64,000 bases of DNA from an uncultured delta proteobacterium (GCA_963753975.1 CAVWEH010000001.1:192001-256000); one strand, 5' to 3'; counted from the first letter of the stretch, positions 1 through 11,902 are shown. A program made the numbers and translations. The notes: generated by a model not told the origin, from the sequence alone.

Positions 1-404
1 ATGTTCCGGCACCGTGAGGGATCCAGTCTTTTTCCAGAATTACCAGTTTTTTCAGAGCATCGAGGAAAATATTTTCGTCAAGCGACGGCATACAAAGTCT
101 GTCCGCGGACGCGTTCATTCTTTTGATGTTTTCCGTGGGACGAAAAAGGAAAATTTCCCCGTCTTTACCGCGATATGCTTTCAACCCTTCAAATATTTCC
201 TGAGCATAATGAAGACACATTGCTGTAGGATCAAGCTCAAGCAGCCGGTAAGGTTCAATAATCGCATCGTACCACCCCCGGCCTTCCTTATATTTCATGT
301 TGAAAAAATGATCGGTAAAAATTTTGCCGAAGCCAAGCTTTGATTCATCCTTCGGTTTTGCTTTCATCTTTTCCGGATTGAGCTTTAATGATTTTGATTT
401 CCAT
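1..404 (-). CDS. ilvE: Branched-chain amino acid aminotransferase, 5' part (runs off window start); probable 1-nt insertion at about 384-386
   Basis: Manual minus-strand translation gives KPKDESKLGFGKIFTDHFF...LELDPTAMCLHYAQEIFEGLKAYRG...LFRPTENIKRMNASADRLCMP. ATG at 404 follows an AGAGGT RBS but is one base out of frame; an in-frame ATG lies at 367. Confidence 0.9.
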
Positions 405-514
405 AAATACCTCTTAAACCGAGTTGCCTCTATATCAGATATTACCTTAATTGGCTCTATCCGGCCACTCTTTGTTCAAAGTTTAATATATTAATATAAT
501 TTTTGTACTTATCA

Positions 515-2045
515 TCAAATTAAACTGCGATCAAGAGATCGATACTGAATTGCTTCGGCTACATGAGCTGATTCGATGCTTTCCTTGTCCTTCCAGATCG
601 GCGATCGTGCGGGAAACTTTCAATATCCGGTTTACCGCCCGGGCGCTTAATCCCAGTTTTTCAATAGCCATTTCAATGAGCTTATGCGAATCTTCGCCGA
701 TGGGGCAAAAATTCTTTATTTGCTTCTCCGTCATGCGGGCATTACATAGAGTACTATCAACACCGAAACGTTTTTTCTGTAATTCCCGCGCATAGTTTAC
801 GCGACTTTTGATGGTCGAGGAGGATTCCCCCAATTCTTTGTCGGAAAGTGCCCGATATTTGACCGAAGGCACTTCGATATGCATATCTATCCGATCCAAG
901 AGTGGCCCTGATATTTTGGCTTGATACTGTCGAATTTGCTGCGCACTGCAGCGACAGGTGCGGATACGATCGCCGAAATAACCACAAGGGCAAGGATTCA
1001 TAGCGGCAACCAGCATAAATTTTGCGGGGAAAGATGCTGTTATTGCAGAACGAGTAATTGTTATGGCGCCTTCTTCCAATGGCTGACGAAGAGCTTCCAA
1101 TGCGTTTTTTTTAAACTCGGGCAGTTCATCCAAAAAAAGAACTCCTAAATGAGCAAGACTTATTTCGCCCGGCCGCGGCATCTGTCCGCCTCCAACCAGA
1201 CCGACATCGGATATTGTGTGATGCGGCGAACGAAAGGGACGTACGGCAACTAAAGATTTGTTTCTATTCAATGAACCCGCGACAGAAAATACTTTTGTTA
1301 CTTCAATAGCCTCCTCGAAAGAAATATCTGGCAATATAGTGGGGAGTCTTTTTGCCAGCATACTTTTACCGGAGCCCGGGGGGCCGATCATCAGCACATT
1401 GTGACCTCCGGCCGCCGCAATTTCCAACGCCCTCAATGCTTGCTTCTGTCCTTTAATTTCATTAAAATCGACTTCATATTGACGCGTTTTCTGAAAAATC
1501 TTGCTTATATCCAAAGAAAGAGGCTCGATATTGTGTCGTCCGTTAAAAAATTCCACAACATCCGGCAATGTTTTGATCGGGAAAACATTAATTCCTTCGA
1601 CCATAGCCGCTTCGGCAGCATTTTCTTCGGGAACGAAAACCGACTTGACACCTGTTTCCTTTGCTTTAAAGACAGCAGTCAGCACGCCGCTTACTCCTTT
1701 AATACTGCCGTCCAGCGATAATTCTCCGATAAAAAAGCAGTCACGCAAAACAGTTTCTTTAATCAATTCTTCCGCGGCTAAAATGCCTACGGCAATGGGA
1801 AGATCAAAACCGGTTCCTTCTTTCTTAATGTCCGCCGGAGCTAAATTTACGGTCACATGGCTGCGGGGAAAGCGGTAGCCGGAATTCTTTATGGCGGCTT
1901 TAATTCGGTCTCTGCTTTCTTTGACGGAAGCATCGGGCAGTCCAACAGTGGCAAATTGAGGCAGCCCCTGGGATATGTCCACTTCCACGAACACGGGGTA
2001 CGATTCCATGCCGATGACGCTCATGCTAAATACTTTAACAAACAC
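515..2045 (-). CDS. comM: YifB/ComM family Mg-chelatase-like AAA+ ATPase; C-terminus split by a probable 1-nt insertion at about 585
   Basis: VGLPDASVKESRDR, GPPGSGKS Walker A, PFRSPHH, LDELPEF, MNPCPCG. The canonical end ESAHVAEAIQYRSLDR lies in the adjacent frame with a stop at 515. Confidence 0.92.
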
Positions 2046-2137
2046 TAATATTCTCCAGCTTCAGTTTTGTCAAAAATACTAGCGAATCGCAATATTTATA
2101 TCAAGTTTTTTAATTCAATAAAAAATGTGAGACTTTC

Positions 2138-2166
2138 TTGACTCATTAATTGCGCTATGTTAGAGT
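2138..2166 (+). promoter_or_regulatory. Putative sigma70-type promoter for moaC with extended -10
   Basis: TTGACT-17 bp-TAGAGT with TG at the extended -10 position. Confidence 0.55.
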
Positions 2167-2216
2167 CCGCCGACATCAATTGGTTACATAATTAATTCCT
2201 GAGTTCATTAACTGCC

Positions 2217-2723
2217 ATGCGAAAATTATCCCATGTAAATAGAAAAGGTCAAGTTCAAATGGTGGATATTACAGCTAAGGGGGAGACTCTTCGCCAAGCG
2301 AAGGCTGTCGGAATTGTCCAGATGGATAGCCGGACTTTGGAGTTGATTGAAAAAGGGCAAATTGTTAAAGGGAATGTTTTGACAGCGGCAAAGATTGCGG
2401 GCATTATGGCGGCAAAAAAAACCGGAGAACTTATTCCTCTTTGCCATCCGCTGGAGGTGACCGCAGTAGAAGTAAATTTAGAAATTGACCGCAATAAATC
2501 TCAAATCATCATTCAATCGGAAGTAAAAAATATGGGCAGAACGGGCGTGGAAATGGAAGCTCTTACCGCTGTCAGTATAGCTGCCTTGACTATTTACGAT
2601 ATGTGCAAGGCGGTTGATAAGAGAATAATTATAGGAAATATCATGCTTCTGGAAAAAAGCGGCGGTAAAAGCGGCACTTTTGTTCGTGAAACTCCAATTC
2701 CGAAAGCGAAGCGTATAACCTGA
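2217..2723 (+). CDS. moaC: Cyclic pyranopterin monophosphate synthase MoaC
   Basis: MVDITAK, LIPLCHP, TGVEMEALTAVS, YDMCKAVD, KSGGKSG motifs. The last ~12 codons come from a repeat element. Confidence 0.96.
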   Translation: MRKLSHVNRKGQVQMVDITAKGETLRQAKAVGIVQMDSRTLELIEKGQIVKGNVLTAAKIAGIMAAKKTGELIPLCHPLEVTAVEVNLEIDRNKSQIIIQSEVKNMGRTGVEMEALTAVSIAALTIYDMCKAVDKRIIIGNIMLLEKSGGKSGTFVRETPIPKAKRIT

Positions 2724-2903
2724 AGGTCACATGTCGGAATTGGTAAGTTGTAATGAGACCCAAACTTCAGAAACAGAGTGCATAACCTGAAGGTCATCTA
2801 CGACTGGAGCTTGCAGGTCGAATTATCCCGCACAGCGGAGGATATGATCCGTAGCTTGCTGTGGACTCGGTTTCTGAGCTTGCTTGGAAATCATATCCGT
2901 GAT
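2684..2903 (+). repeat. Modular palindromic intergenic repeat, copy A
   Basis: Shares TCGTGAAACTCCAATTC...CGGAATTGGTAAGTTGTAATGAGAC and GTCGAATTAT with 31839-32196, and ATCCCGCACAGCGGAGG and TCATAyCCGTGAT with 18613-18723. Confidence 0.85.
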
Positions 2904-2982
2904 CAGAAAGAAAAATAAAGCCATTCAATAAAACCCTCATTACGAATGGCTGGAATGATAGAATTACGTGGTCAAGCAATAA

Positions 2983-3498
2983 ATGGCACAAAATATTTTT
3001 AAAGTCAGGCGGGCTTTTCTTATACCTTTAACGGCAGTAATTGTCCTTCTGTTTCTGTTGTTGCTGATCAGTTTATTTAGAGGGCAAATGGGGGAAAGAA
3101 TAGTTCTGGCGGTTTTTTTTATTGGTTCTTTATTGACCGACATTGAAACGGCAAGAAGAGAAATTGTCGTGACCGAAGAAGGGTTGCAATTAAAAAAGTT
3201 TTTCCGGACAAAAAATTTTTTTTGGCGGGAAATCACCCATCTGGGGGTTGTGGAACTGCGCAATAAAGCCTATTTTTTATTAACAACGACCAAGGGATTT
3301 TATTTTTTCTCCAATATATTAGAAAAACACTCTTTACTTGTTCGCTCTCTTGTGGATAAGCTCGGAGCAGAAAAAGTGGAAATAGAAGTAAAAAATTATT
3401 TAGATCATCCTGTCGAGCGACTTTCTTTGATTGTTATGAGTTGGATTACGGTATTTATCATTATTGTCGTTTTAATTTTAAAATTTTTGCCAGCTTAA
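2983..3498 (+). CDS. Membrane protein with probable bacterial PH-like domain
   Basis: Two N-terminal TM helices, REIVVTEEGLQLKKFFRTKNFFWREI (PH-like pattern), C-terminal TM. Confidence 0.7.
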   Translation: MAQNIFKVRRAFLIPLTAVIVLLFLLLLISLFRGQMGERIVLAVFFIGSLLTDIETARREIVVTEEGLQLKKFFRTKNFFWREITHLGVVELRNKAYFLLTTTKGFYFFSNILEKHSLLVRSLVDKLGAEKVEIEVKNYLDHPVERLSLIVMSWITVFIIIVVLILKFLPA

Positions 3499-3574
3499 AT
3501 TTAAAAAAACATATTGAGAAACACACATTTTTAATTCTTAATTTAATCTTGTCCGGAAGGGGGAACTTCAAAAA

Positions 3575-3880
3575 ATGCAATCGAAAAAGCAAAAGAGTTC
3601 AAGAGTAGTAATGAATGTGAAGGAAACCCCTTACGCGGTTGTTGAAGAAGTGTTGGAAAAAAAGCTGGAAGATGTTGCCACCGTTTTATCGGCTTCCGGC
3701 GGTCGTAAAAGTAAGCTTTACGAACAAGTTATGTCGATGGTGGAAAAAGGCTTGTTTAAAATTGCTCTGCGCCGTTCCAACTACGTGAAAAGTACGGCGG
3801 CCGTTTTTCTGGGAATTAGCCGCAATACGTTTACCGATAAAATGGTCAAATTAGGTATCAACTGTGAAAAGAATAAATAA
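3575..3880 (+). CDS. Fis-family helix-turn-helix protein
   Basis: LYEQVMSMVEKGLFKIAL...AAVFLGISRNTFTDKMVKLGI matches the Fis/HTH_8 pattern. Confidence 0.8.
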   Translation: MQSKKQKSSRVVMNVKETPYAVVEEVLEKKLEDVATVLSASGGRKSKLYEQVMSMVEKGLFKIALRRSNYVKSTAAVFLGISRNTFTDKMVKLGINCEKNK

Positions 3881-3897
3881 GTACTATAAAAACATCT

Positions 3898-5166
3898 ATG
3901 ACTAGAGCTTTTAAAAAAAATCTAAACTTACCTGAAAAGGTAACTTGTCTCTTAAAGAAAGGGGTTCGGATGACGGCCCCTTTTTCTGTGGAAATCGGCG
4001 AGGAAGTAAATCCGGACAGAATTGACGGTTCTTTAATAATTTACGGTGCGGCAAGGATTTGCGGAGAAAATACGTTAATTGCTCAAGATGTAAAACTGGG
4101 ATATGAAGCGCCTGTTAATTTGATTAACTGCCAACTGGGAACGGCAGTGGAGCTCAAGGGTGGGTACTTTGCCGATTCGGTTTTCCTGGATAAGGTAGCA
4201 ATGGGTAGCAATGCACAAGTCCGCTCCGGTTGCCTTTTAGAAGAAGAATCCAGGGGAAATCACACTGTCGGTCTAAAGCAGACAATCCTATTTCCTTTCG
4301 TGACTCTGGGCAGTCTGATCAATTTTTGTGATTGCCTGATAGCGGGTGGCACAAGCCGGAAAAATCATAGCGAAGTAGGTAGTTCTTATATCCATTTCAA
4401 TTACACTCCCCAGCAGGACAAGGCAACCCCTTCTTTAATGGGAGATGTTCCGCGAGGAGTAATGTTGCGCGAAGAGCCGATATTCCTGGGCGGTCAGGGG
4501 GGGCTGGTGGGGCCGCTGCAAATAGCATACGGTATAGTTATTCCGGCAGGTGTTATTTGCCGGCAGGATTGCCTAACTGCGGGAATGATTTGCTCTCCTT
4601 CTGTTTTATCACGCGAGCGCAAAAAATTTATTCCCGGAAATTATGGTGATATTAGCCGCAAGGTTCACCACAATATAGTTTATATCGCCAATTTATTGGC
4701 TTTAAGACAGTGGTATCGCTTTGTTCGCCGCGAATTCTTTATTAGATCTAAGTACGGCGAGGCTCTATATGCCGGGACCCTTGATGTTCTAGATAAAGCC
4801 ATTGCCGAAAGAATCAGACAGATGCGACTGTTTGCGCAAAACTTGGAGAAAACAATTATGCTTGCAGAAAAAATGAAGAAAGGCTTGTCTGGTACGGCGC
4901 GGCGCAAACAAAAACAATTTATCCGCGATTGGCCGCAGATGGAGGAGCATCTATCCGGTAATAATGAGGAAGAAATTTCTTTGAAGAAAAAGGGAACGTT
5001 TATAAAAATATTACAACGCCGGTCAGGTAAGACTAATTCTTATCTGCAGACAATGCGGTCATTAACGTCCCTGGAAACCAGAGTGGGTGTAGATTGGTTG
5101 AATGATGTTGTTTGGGAGGTTGCCGCCGGGTGTATGAAAATCTCTGGCGTTCTGCGGCAAAAATAA
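3898..5166 (+). CDS. GlmU-like left-handed beta-helix acetyltransferase lacking the uridyltransferase domain, with a C-terminal helical extension
   Basis: Hexapeptide-like repeats; EVGSSYIHFNYTPQQDKAT resembles GlmU NIGAGTITCNYDGANK; no LAAGxGTRM motif; lies directly upstream of the glmS-like gene. Confidence 0.7.
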   Translation: MTRAFKKNLNLPEKVTCLLKKGVRMTAPFSVEIGEEVNPDRIDGSLIIYGAARICGENTLIAQDVKLGYEAPVNLINCQLGTAVELKGGYFADSVFLDKVAMGSNAQVRSGCLLEEESRGNHTVGLKQTILFPFVTLGSLINFCDCLIAGGTSRKNHSEVGSSYIHFNYTPQQDKATPSLMGDVPRGVMLREEPIFLGGQGGLVGPLQIAYGIVIPAGVICRQDCLTAGMICSPSVLSRERKKFIPGNYGDISRKVHHNIVYIANLLALRQWYRFVRREFFIRSKYGEALYAGTLDVLDKAIAERIRQMRLFAQNLEKTIMLAEKMKKGLSGTARRKQKQFIRDWPQMEEHLSGNNEEEISLKKKGTFIKILQRRSGKTNSYLQTMRSLTSLETRVGVDWLNDVVWEVAAGCMKISGVLRQK

Positions 5167-5172
5167 GAAACA

Positions 5173-8100
5173 ATGTTAGTTGCGCAAATATTAAGTACGA
5201 TAAAAGATATAAGACTTTATTTCAAGGTCTGCAAAATATTTGTTGGAAAAAATCCGGCTTACATTAGCGCTCCGGCAATAATATTTTTCCCGGTTATACC
5301 TTTTCAGCTTAACTGCGGTTTTGCCGGTTTGATGACTTTTCGGGCTCGGCAAAAATCTGCAAGTTTAAATGCTGATTTAGAGCTTATGCAATTGTGGGAT
5401 AAGATTAAACGTTCGTCACTTGAAAATGTTTTAGCTGGAGATATTGTCGCTAAAGCTTATATGTGCGGACTTGATGTACTTACCTCCATGGAAAAAGCTG
5501 CGTTGGAGCTGAAGCGGGAGAGTGCTCAGGAAACTCTTTTCTTTCAGAAGCAAAGAGCCAAAAAACTTTCTAATTTAGCCGATGCAATAAAAGCATTTTT
5601 GGCTCAGGAAGAGAAGATGCTGGAAGATCAAGCTGTAAAATTTACCTCTGCTGATCTGGAAACCATCAATCGCGGGATTATTCTGCTTAAGGATATTCAG
5701 TGGACTTTGGGAAAAGACATTTTGGCGAATTTTGATAAAATTACCGCTGTTTCGGGTGCGGCTAAACCAACGGCAATAAACCCGGCAGCCTTTAAAAAAT
5801 ACCGGAAAATCAATTTCCTGCTCAATTCCCTGGACCGCCTCGAAGTGCGAGGGCGAGATTCGGCGGGACTGCAAATTGTATTCACCCTCGAAAACGAAAA
5901 AACGATGGAAAACATAATGCTCGAGCTGAAGGAAAAAAGTTTATATGAAGACTACTGGAAGCGGTCACGGGAGGGGGACCTCGCTAATGGTTCAATACGG
6001 GTTGCGCCTGTAGTATTTACCGGAAGCAAAAAGGGAATAAATATAACCTTTACCTATAAGACGTTTTCTATCGTCGGCGAATTGGGTCGCAACGTCCGTG
6101 ATTTAAGACAGGTCATCAGAGAAGACCAAATCCTGCAATGTTTTGCCCCGTTGGATACGGCGTGCGAAACAGCTATTACCCATACGCGCTGGGCTTCCGT
6201 TGGCTCCATTACGGAAGAAAATTGTCATCCGATCAATAACTTCAAGCCTGATCAAGCCGTTCAATCCTTCCCTTTTTATCCGAAATCCAAGGCTCAAATT
6301 AATATAGTCTTAAATGGAGATATTGATAACTATTCGGCACTCCGCGCGGACTTGGAAACGCGTAATGAATGGATTGCGCCCGAAATTACAACCGATACAA
6401 AAGCTATCCCTCTGCAAATTGAGAAATATTTAATGGCCGGAGATAATCTTGCCGACTCCTTTCGCTTGGCGCTGAAAGATTTTGATGGGTCGCATGCCAT
6501 AGCTATGACCAGTGATTTGGAACCCGGCAAGGTTTTTTTGGCGCTTAAGGGCAGCGGTCAGTCTATCTATGTTGGGATTGGGTCCGATCAGTATATGTTT
6601 TCTTCGGAACTCTATGGTCTGGTAGAAGTGATGCCGAATTTCATAAAAATGAACGGCGAGTCGAATGTTGATGGTGAAAACTCGGCAGCGGGACAAATTT
6701 TTATTTTGGACCAAAATTCCTGCGGGGGGTTAGCAGGAATTGCCGCTTATCATTATGACGGCACAAAAATTAGTTTAAAAGAAAGTGAAATACAAAAAGC
6801 CGAAATGACGACCCGCGACATCGATCGCGGCGCTTATCCGCATTTTTTCCTGAAGGAAATTTTCGAATCTGTTGTCTCCATAAGAAAAACCTTGCGGGGC
6901 AAATACCGCATTTTGACGAGCGACAAATCTTTGCCGCAAGTCATCTTCAACTTAGGCGCAGATATTGTTCCGGAGGCTGTTCGCGTAGGTCTCCAAAACG
7001 GTGCTATTAAGAATATCATAGTCATCGGCCACGGGACTGCCGCTGTTGCCGGGCTGGCCATAGCCGATGCTCTGGAATCTTATTTGAAGGGCAGAAGCCT
7101 TAATATAATGGCCAGAGTGGCTTCCGAATTAAGCGGTTTTTTGTTAAAAGACGATTTGTCGGATACACTCGTAATTCCGATCACTCAATCCGGAACAACA
7201 ACAGATACGAATCGTGCTGTGGCAATGGCCAAAGAGAGGGGCGCTTTTATAATTTCCATAGTAAACAGAAGGCAATCGGATATTACCACTAAATCGCATG
7301 GAATATTTTACACCAGCGACGGTCGCGATATAGAAATGTCCGTTGCTTCCACAAAAGCTTTTTATTCCCAGATCATTGCCGGGCAAGTTCTAGCCCTTTT
7401 TCTGGCGCAAGTAATGAAAACCAGAACCGATGACTACATAGTTCGGGAACTGCACAATCTGGAGACGGTGCCCAAATTAATGGCGCGGGTCTTTGAACGA
7501 AGGACTCAAATTTCCGCTTCGGTCGATAAAACTTTGGCCAAGAAATTCTGGGCGGTTGTAGGCAGCGGGCCCAATAAAGCGGCCGCCGATGAAATAAGAA
7601 TCAAACTCAGCGAGCTTTGTTATAAAACGATTTCTTCCGATATCGTGGAAAACAAAAAGCATATTGATTTATCGGCAGAACCTTTAATATTGGTTTGCGC
7701 TTCCGGTAATCCGGAGCCGGTTGTGGAAGATATTGCCAAAGACGTGGCAATTTTTAAAGCACACAAAGCCGCAGTTATAGTTTTTGCGGAAGAGGGGGAC
7801 GATCGGTTCGATAAAATCGCCGATGCGGTGATTCCAATTCCCTCTGCTTCCATGCCGCTGCCGGTAATACTGAATACTATGGCGGGGCACTTGTGGGGAT
7901 ATTATGCTGCTTGTGCTATTGATAAAGAAGCTCTCGTTTTCCGGGAATTTAGAAACCGTTTGAATTTGGCTCTGACCGAACAGGCCAAGATAAATTACTC
8001 GTTGTATGAGAGAATTGCGGATCCCCATTTTCGCCACCTGATAAATGATTTTTACCATACCTTTAATGGTCAACGTAATGATGGCGCTTTCAATTTATTA

Positions 8101-8901
8101 GGCGTCAAAACTATTTCCGATTTAGCGCTCTTGCTGAAATATGCGGCAGGCAAGCTGCCGTTGGAGGATTTTCGCCATGAATTCAGAAATGAAGACTCTC
8201 CGCTTGATCTTTTAGATATCACCTTGGGGAAAGCGATTGATGAACTTACCCGGCCTATAGATGCTATTCGCCATCAGGCCAAGACAGTTACGGTAGGTAC
8301 AAGCCGTAAAGAGAAGATATTAAGGGGAGTCGTGTTCGATCTTCTGGAGAAACTGAAGTTTGCCGCGAAAAATTTAACGTACAAAAATATTTTAGCCGTA
8401 AGCAGGGTACAACCGGCGGTCTTAACCGTGCGCGGATATACTCTCTATAAGATTAACAACCTTGATGAAGCGGGGAATCCTGCGGAAGGCTCTACCATTG
8501 TTATAAAAGAAAAAGGCGGAATAGCCAGGAAGATGATTTCACGCGCTGAGAAATCCCATCTACTCATGGGAACTAAAAGAACTATTGTCAGTACGGGCAA
8601 TATTTATATGGGGAAGGGTAAGGCAGATGCGGCATCCATATTGGTTTTGCCGTTATTGGGAGAAAATGGTTTTGTCGGCAATTTACTTTTGCTGCATATT
8701 GAATATAATGAAGCTTTATCTCTTCGCGAAAAGAAAATGGTACTGGGTTACAGGTATAACGATATCAGGAACTTGGTCGATGAATATAACGTTAATTGGG
8801 ACGATAATTATTTGGAAAAAATTTCACTCGTTGACTTGTTCAGCGAGCCGGTAGAAAATCTTGCTGGGCGTATTAAGCAATATTCTCTTATAGAGAGTTG
8901 A
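5173..8901 (+). CDS. glmS: Giant glutamine--fructose-6-phosphate aminotransferase-like protein (1242 aa)
   Basis: CGFAG, EVRGRDSAG, HTRWAS, CHP, NGDIDNY, TDT, QSGTTTDT, VASTKAF, EIRIKLSELCY, QAKTVTVG correspond to GlmS glutaminase and SIS motifs. Confidence 0.8.
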   Translation: MLVAQILSTIKDIRLYFKVCKIFVGKNPAYISAPAIIFFPVIPFQLNCGFAGLMTFRARQKSASLNADLELMQLWDKIKRSSLENVLAGDIVAKAYMCGLDVLTSMEKAALELKRESAQETLFFQKQRAKKLSNLADAIKAFLAQEEKMLEDQAVKFTSADLETINRGIILLKDIQWTLGKDILANFDKITAVSGAAKPTAINPAAFKKYRKINFLLNSLDRLEVRGRDSAGLQIVFTLENEKTMENIMLELKEKSLYEDYWKRSREGDLANGSIRVAPVVFTGSKKGINITFTYKTFSIVGELGRNVRDLRQVIREDQILQCFAPLDTACETAITHTRWASVGSITEENCHPINNFKPDQAVQSFPFYPKSKAQINIVLNGDIDNYSALRADLETRNEWIAPEITTDTKAIPLQIEKYLMAGDNLADSFRLALKDFDGSHAIAMTSDLEPGKVFLALKGSGQSIYVGIGSDQYMFSSELYGLVEVMPNFIKMNGESNVDGENSAAGQIFILDQNSCGGLAGIAAYHYDGTKISLKESEIQKAEMTTRDIDRGAYPHFFLKEIFESVVSIRKTLRGKYRILTSDKSLPQVIFNLGADIVPEAVRVGLQNGAIKNIIVIGHGTAAVAGLAIADALESYLKGRSLNIMARVASELSGFLLKDDLSDTLVIPITQSGTTTDTNRAVAMAKERGAFIISIVNRRQSDITTKSHGIFYTSDGRDIEMSVASTKAFYSQIIAGQVLALFLAQVMKTRTDDYIVRELHNLETVPKLMARVFERRTQISASVDKTLAKKFWAVVGSGPNKAAADEIRIKLSELCYKTISSDIVENKKHIDLSAEPLILVCASGNPEPVVEDIAKDVAIFKAHKAAVIVFAEEGDDRFDKIADAVIPIPSASMPLPVILNTMAGHLWGYYAACAIDKEALVFREFRNRLNLALTEQAKINYSLYERIADPHFRHLINDFYHTFNGQRNDGAFNLLGVKTISDLALLLKYAAGKLPLEDFRHEFRNEDSPLDLLDITLGKAIDELTRPIDAIRHQAKTVTVGTSRKEKILRGVVFDLLEKLKFAAKNLTYKNILAVSRVQPAVLTVRGYTLYKINNLDEAGNPAEGSTIVIKEKGGIARKMISRAEKSHLLMGTKRTIVSTGNIYMGKGKADAASILVLPLLGENGFVGNLLLLHIEYNEALSLREKKMVLGYRYNDIRNLVDEYNVNWDDNYLEKISLVDLFSEPVENLAGRIKQYSLIES

Positions 8902-8952
8902 AGTTTGTCGGCGAACTTGCGGGAGAAACCGCATGAGACTCTGCAATCATGA

Positions 8953-10587
<1,635 letters not shown>

Positions 10588-10699
10588 ACATTAATTAACT
10601 TAACTTAATCATTAGCAACAAAATATACCGTAGGCAGAATTACCACAACGCTGTAAAGTGGCCTTGTGGGTTAAAAAATTCATATGTCAAAATATTCTT

Positions 10700-11902
10700 A
10701 TGGAAGCAATCAAAAGAATTTTACACTATATTGAATCCAAGAACTTATACCCTGATTTAAGAATTATTCAAAGCGGTGCTGATCCGGAAGTCATGATTGA
10801 CGGCAGGAAGGTCTTAATGTTTTCATCGAATAACTATCTTGGGTTAGCAACACACCCTAAAGTTGTTGCTGCCGCGATTGAAGCAACTAAAAGATACGGA
10901 ACAAGTTCAAGCGGTTCTAGAATGCTTTCAGGAAATTTGGAGCCTCATCGTGATTTCGAATTGGCCATCGCTAAATTTAAGGGGGGCGAGGATGCTATTG
11001 TTTCGCCCTCAGGCTATTGCGCCAATTTGGGAGTTATAACGGCAGTCATGGATCCTCCTAAAATTGGTCCATCAAATTTTTGGAAAAAAAACGCTGTTAT
11101 AATCAGTGACGAGTTTAATCATGCAAGCATTATCGATGGTTGTCGAATGAGTCGGAAGAAAATTTCAATCTACAAGCATTGCGATGTTATTGATTTGGAA
11201 GCAAAGTTGAAAAAATATAAACGGCGGGAAAAATTAGTTATTACGGATAGTGTTTTTAGCATGGATGGCGATGTCGCGCCATTGGACAGAATAGCTGCAC
11301 TGTGTAAAAAATATGGCGGCATGTTGATGATTGATGAGGCGCACGCTACGGGAATACAGGGGAAAAACGGCCATGGCACCGCAGAAAGATTTGGATTAAC
11401 TGTAGGTTCCGATATTAATATTCTTTTAGGAACTTGCAGCAAGTCATTGGCGGCAACGGGTGGGTTTGTAGTTGGGAACAGAGATTTGATCAAGTATTTG
11501 CGCGTTACCAGTCGCCCCTTTATATTTACAGCTGCAATGACACCCGCTGCTTCAGCTTCGCTTATTGCAGCTCTTGAAGTTATAGGTAAGGAGCCGCAAA
11601 TACGTCAAAATCTATGGAATAATATCAAGTATCTGCGCAATGGTCTCAGGGAAATTGGTTTTGATACGTTGCAGAGCGAAACTCAAATAATACATATATT
11701 CATTGGTTCCGAAGATAAGGCGATTCAATTTACTCGTTTACTTTTCGAAAAAGGAGTCTTTGCCCCCTGTGTACGGTGGCCTGCCGTAGAAAGGCGGAAA
11801 GCCAGAATTAGGTTTTCCGTTATGGCAACACATACCGGAGAGCAAATTGATCATTTGCTCAAATCTTGTAGTGATATTGGTAAAGAACTAGGTATTGTTT
11901 AA
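10700..11902 (+). CDS. PLP-dependent alpha-oxoamine synthase (BioF/Kbl/serine palmitoyltransferase family)
   Basis: SSNNYLGL, DEFNHASIIDG, DSVFSMDGD, IDEAHATG, GTCSKS; likely start ATG at 10700. Confidence 0.88.
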   Translation: MEAIKRILHYIESKNLYPDLRIIQSGADPEVMIDGRKVLMFSSNNYLGLATHPKVVAAAIEATKRYGTSSSGSRMLSGNLEPHRDFELAIAKFKGGEDAIVSPSGYCANLGVITAVMDPPKIGPSNFWKKNAVIISDEFNHASIIDGCRMSRKKISIYKHCDVIDLEAKLKKYKRREKLVITDSVFSMDGDVAPLDRIAALCKKYGGMLMIDEAHATGIQGKNGHGTAERFGLTVGSDINILLGTCSKSLAATGGFVVGNRDLIKYLRVTSRPFIFTAAMTPAASASLIAALEVIGKEPQIRQNLWNNIKYLRNGLREIGFDTLQSETQIIHIFIGSEDKAIQFTRLLFEKGVFAPCVRWPAVERRKARIRFSVMATHTGEQIDHLLKSCSDIGKELGIV

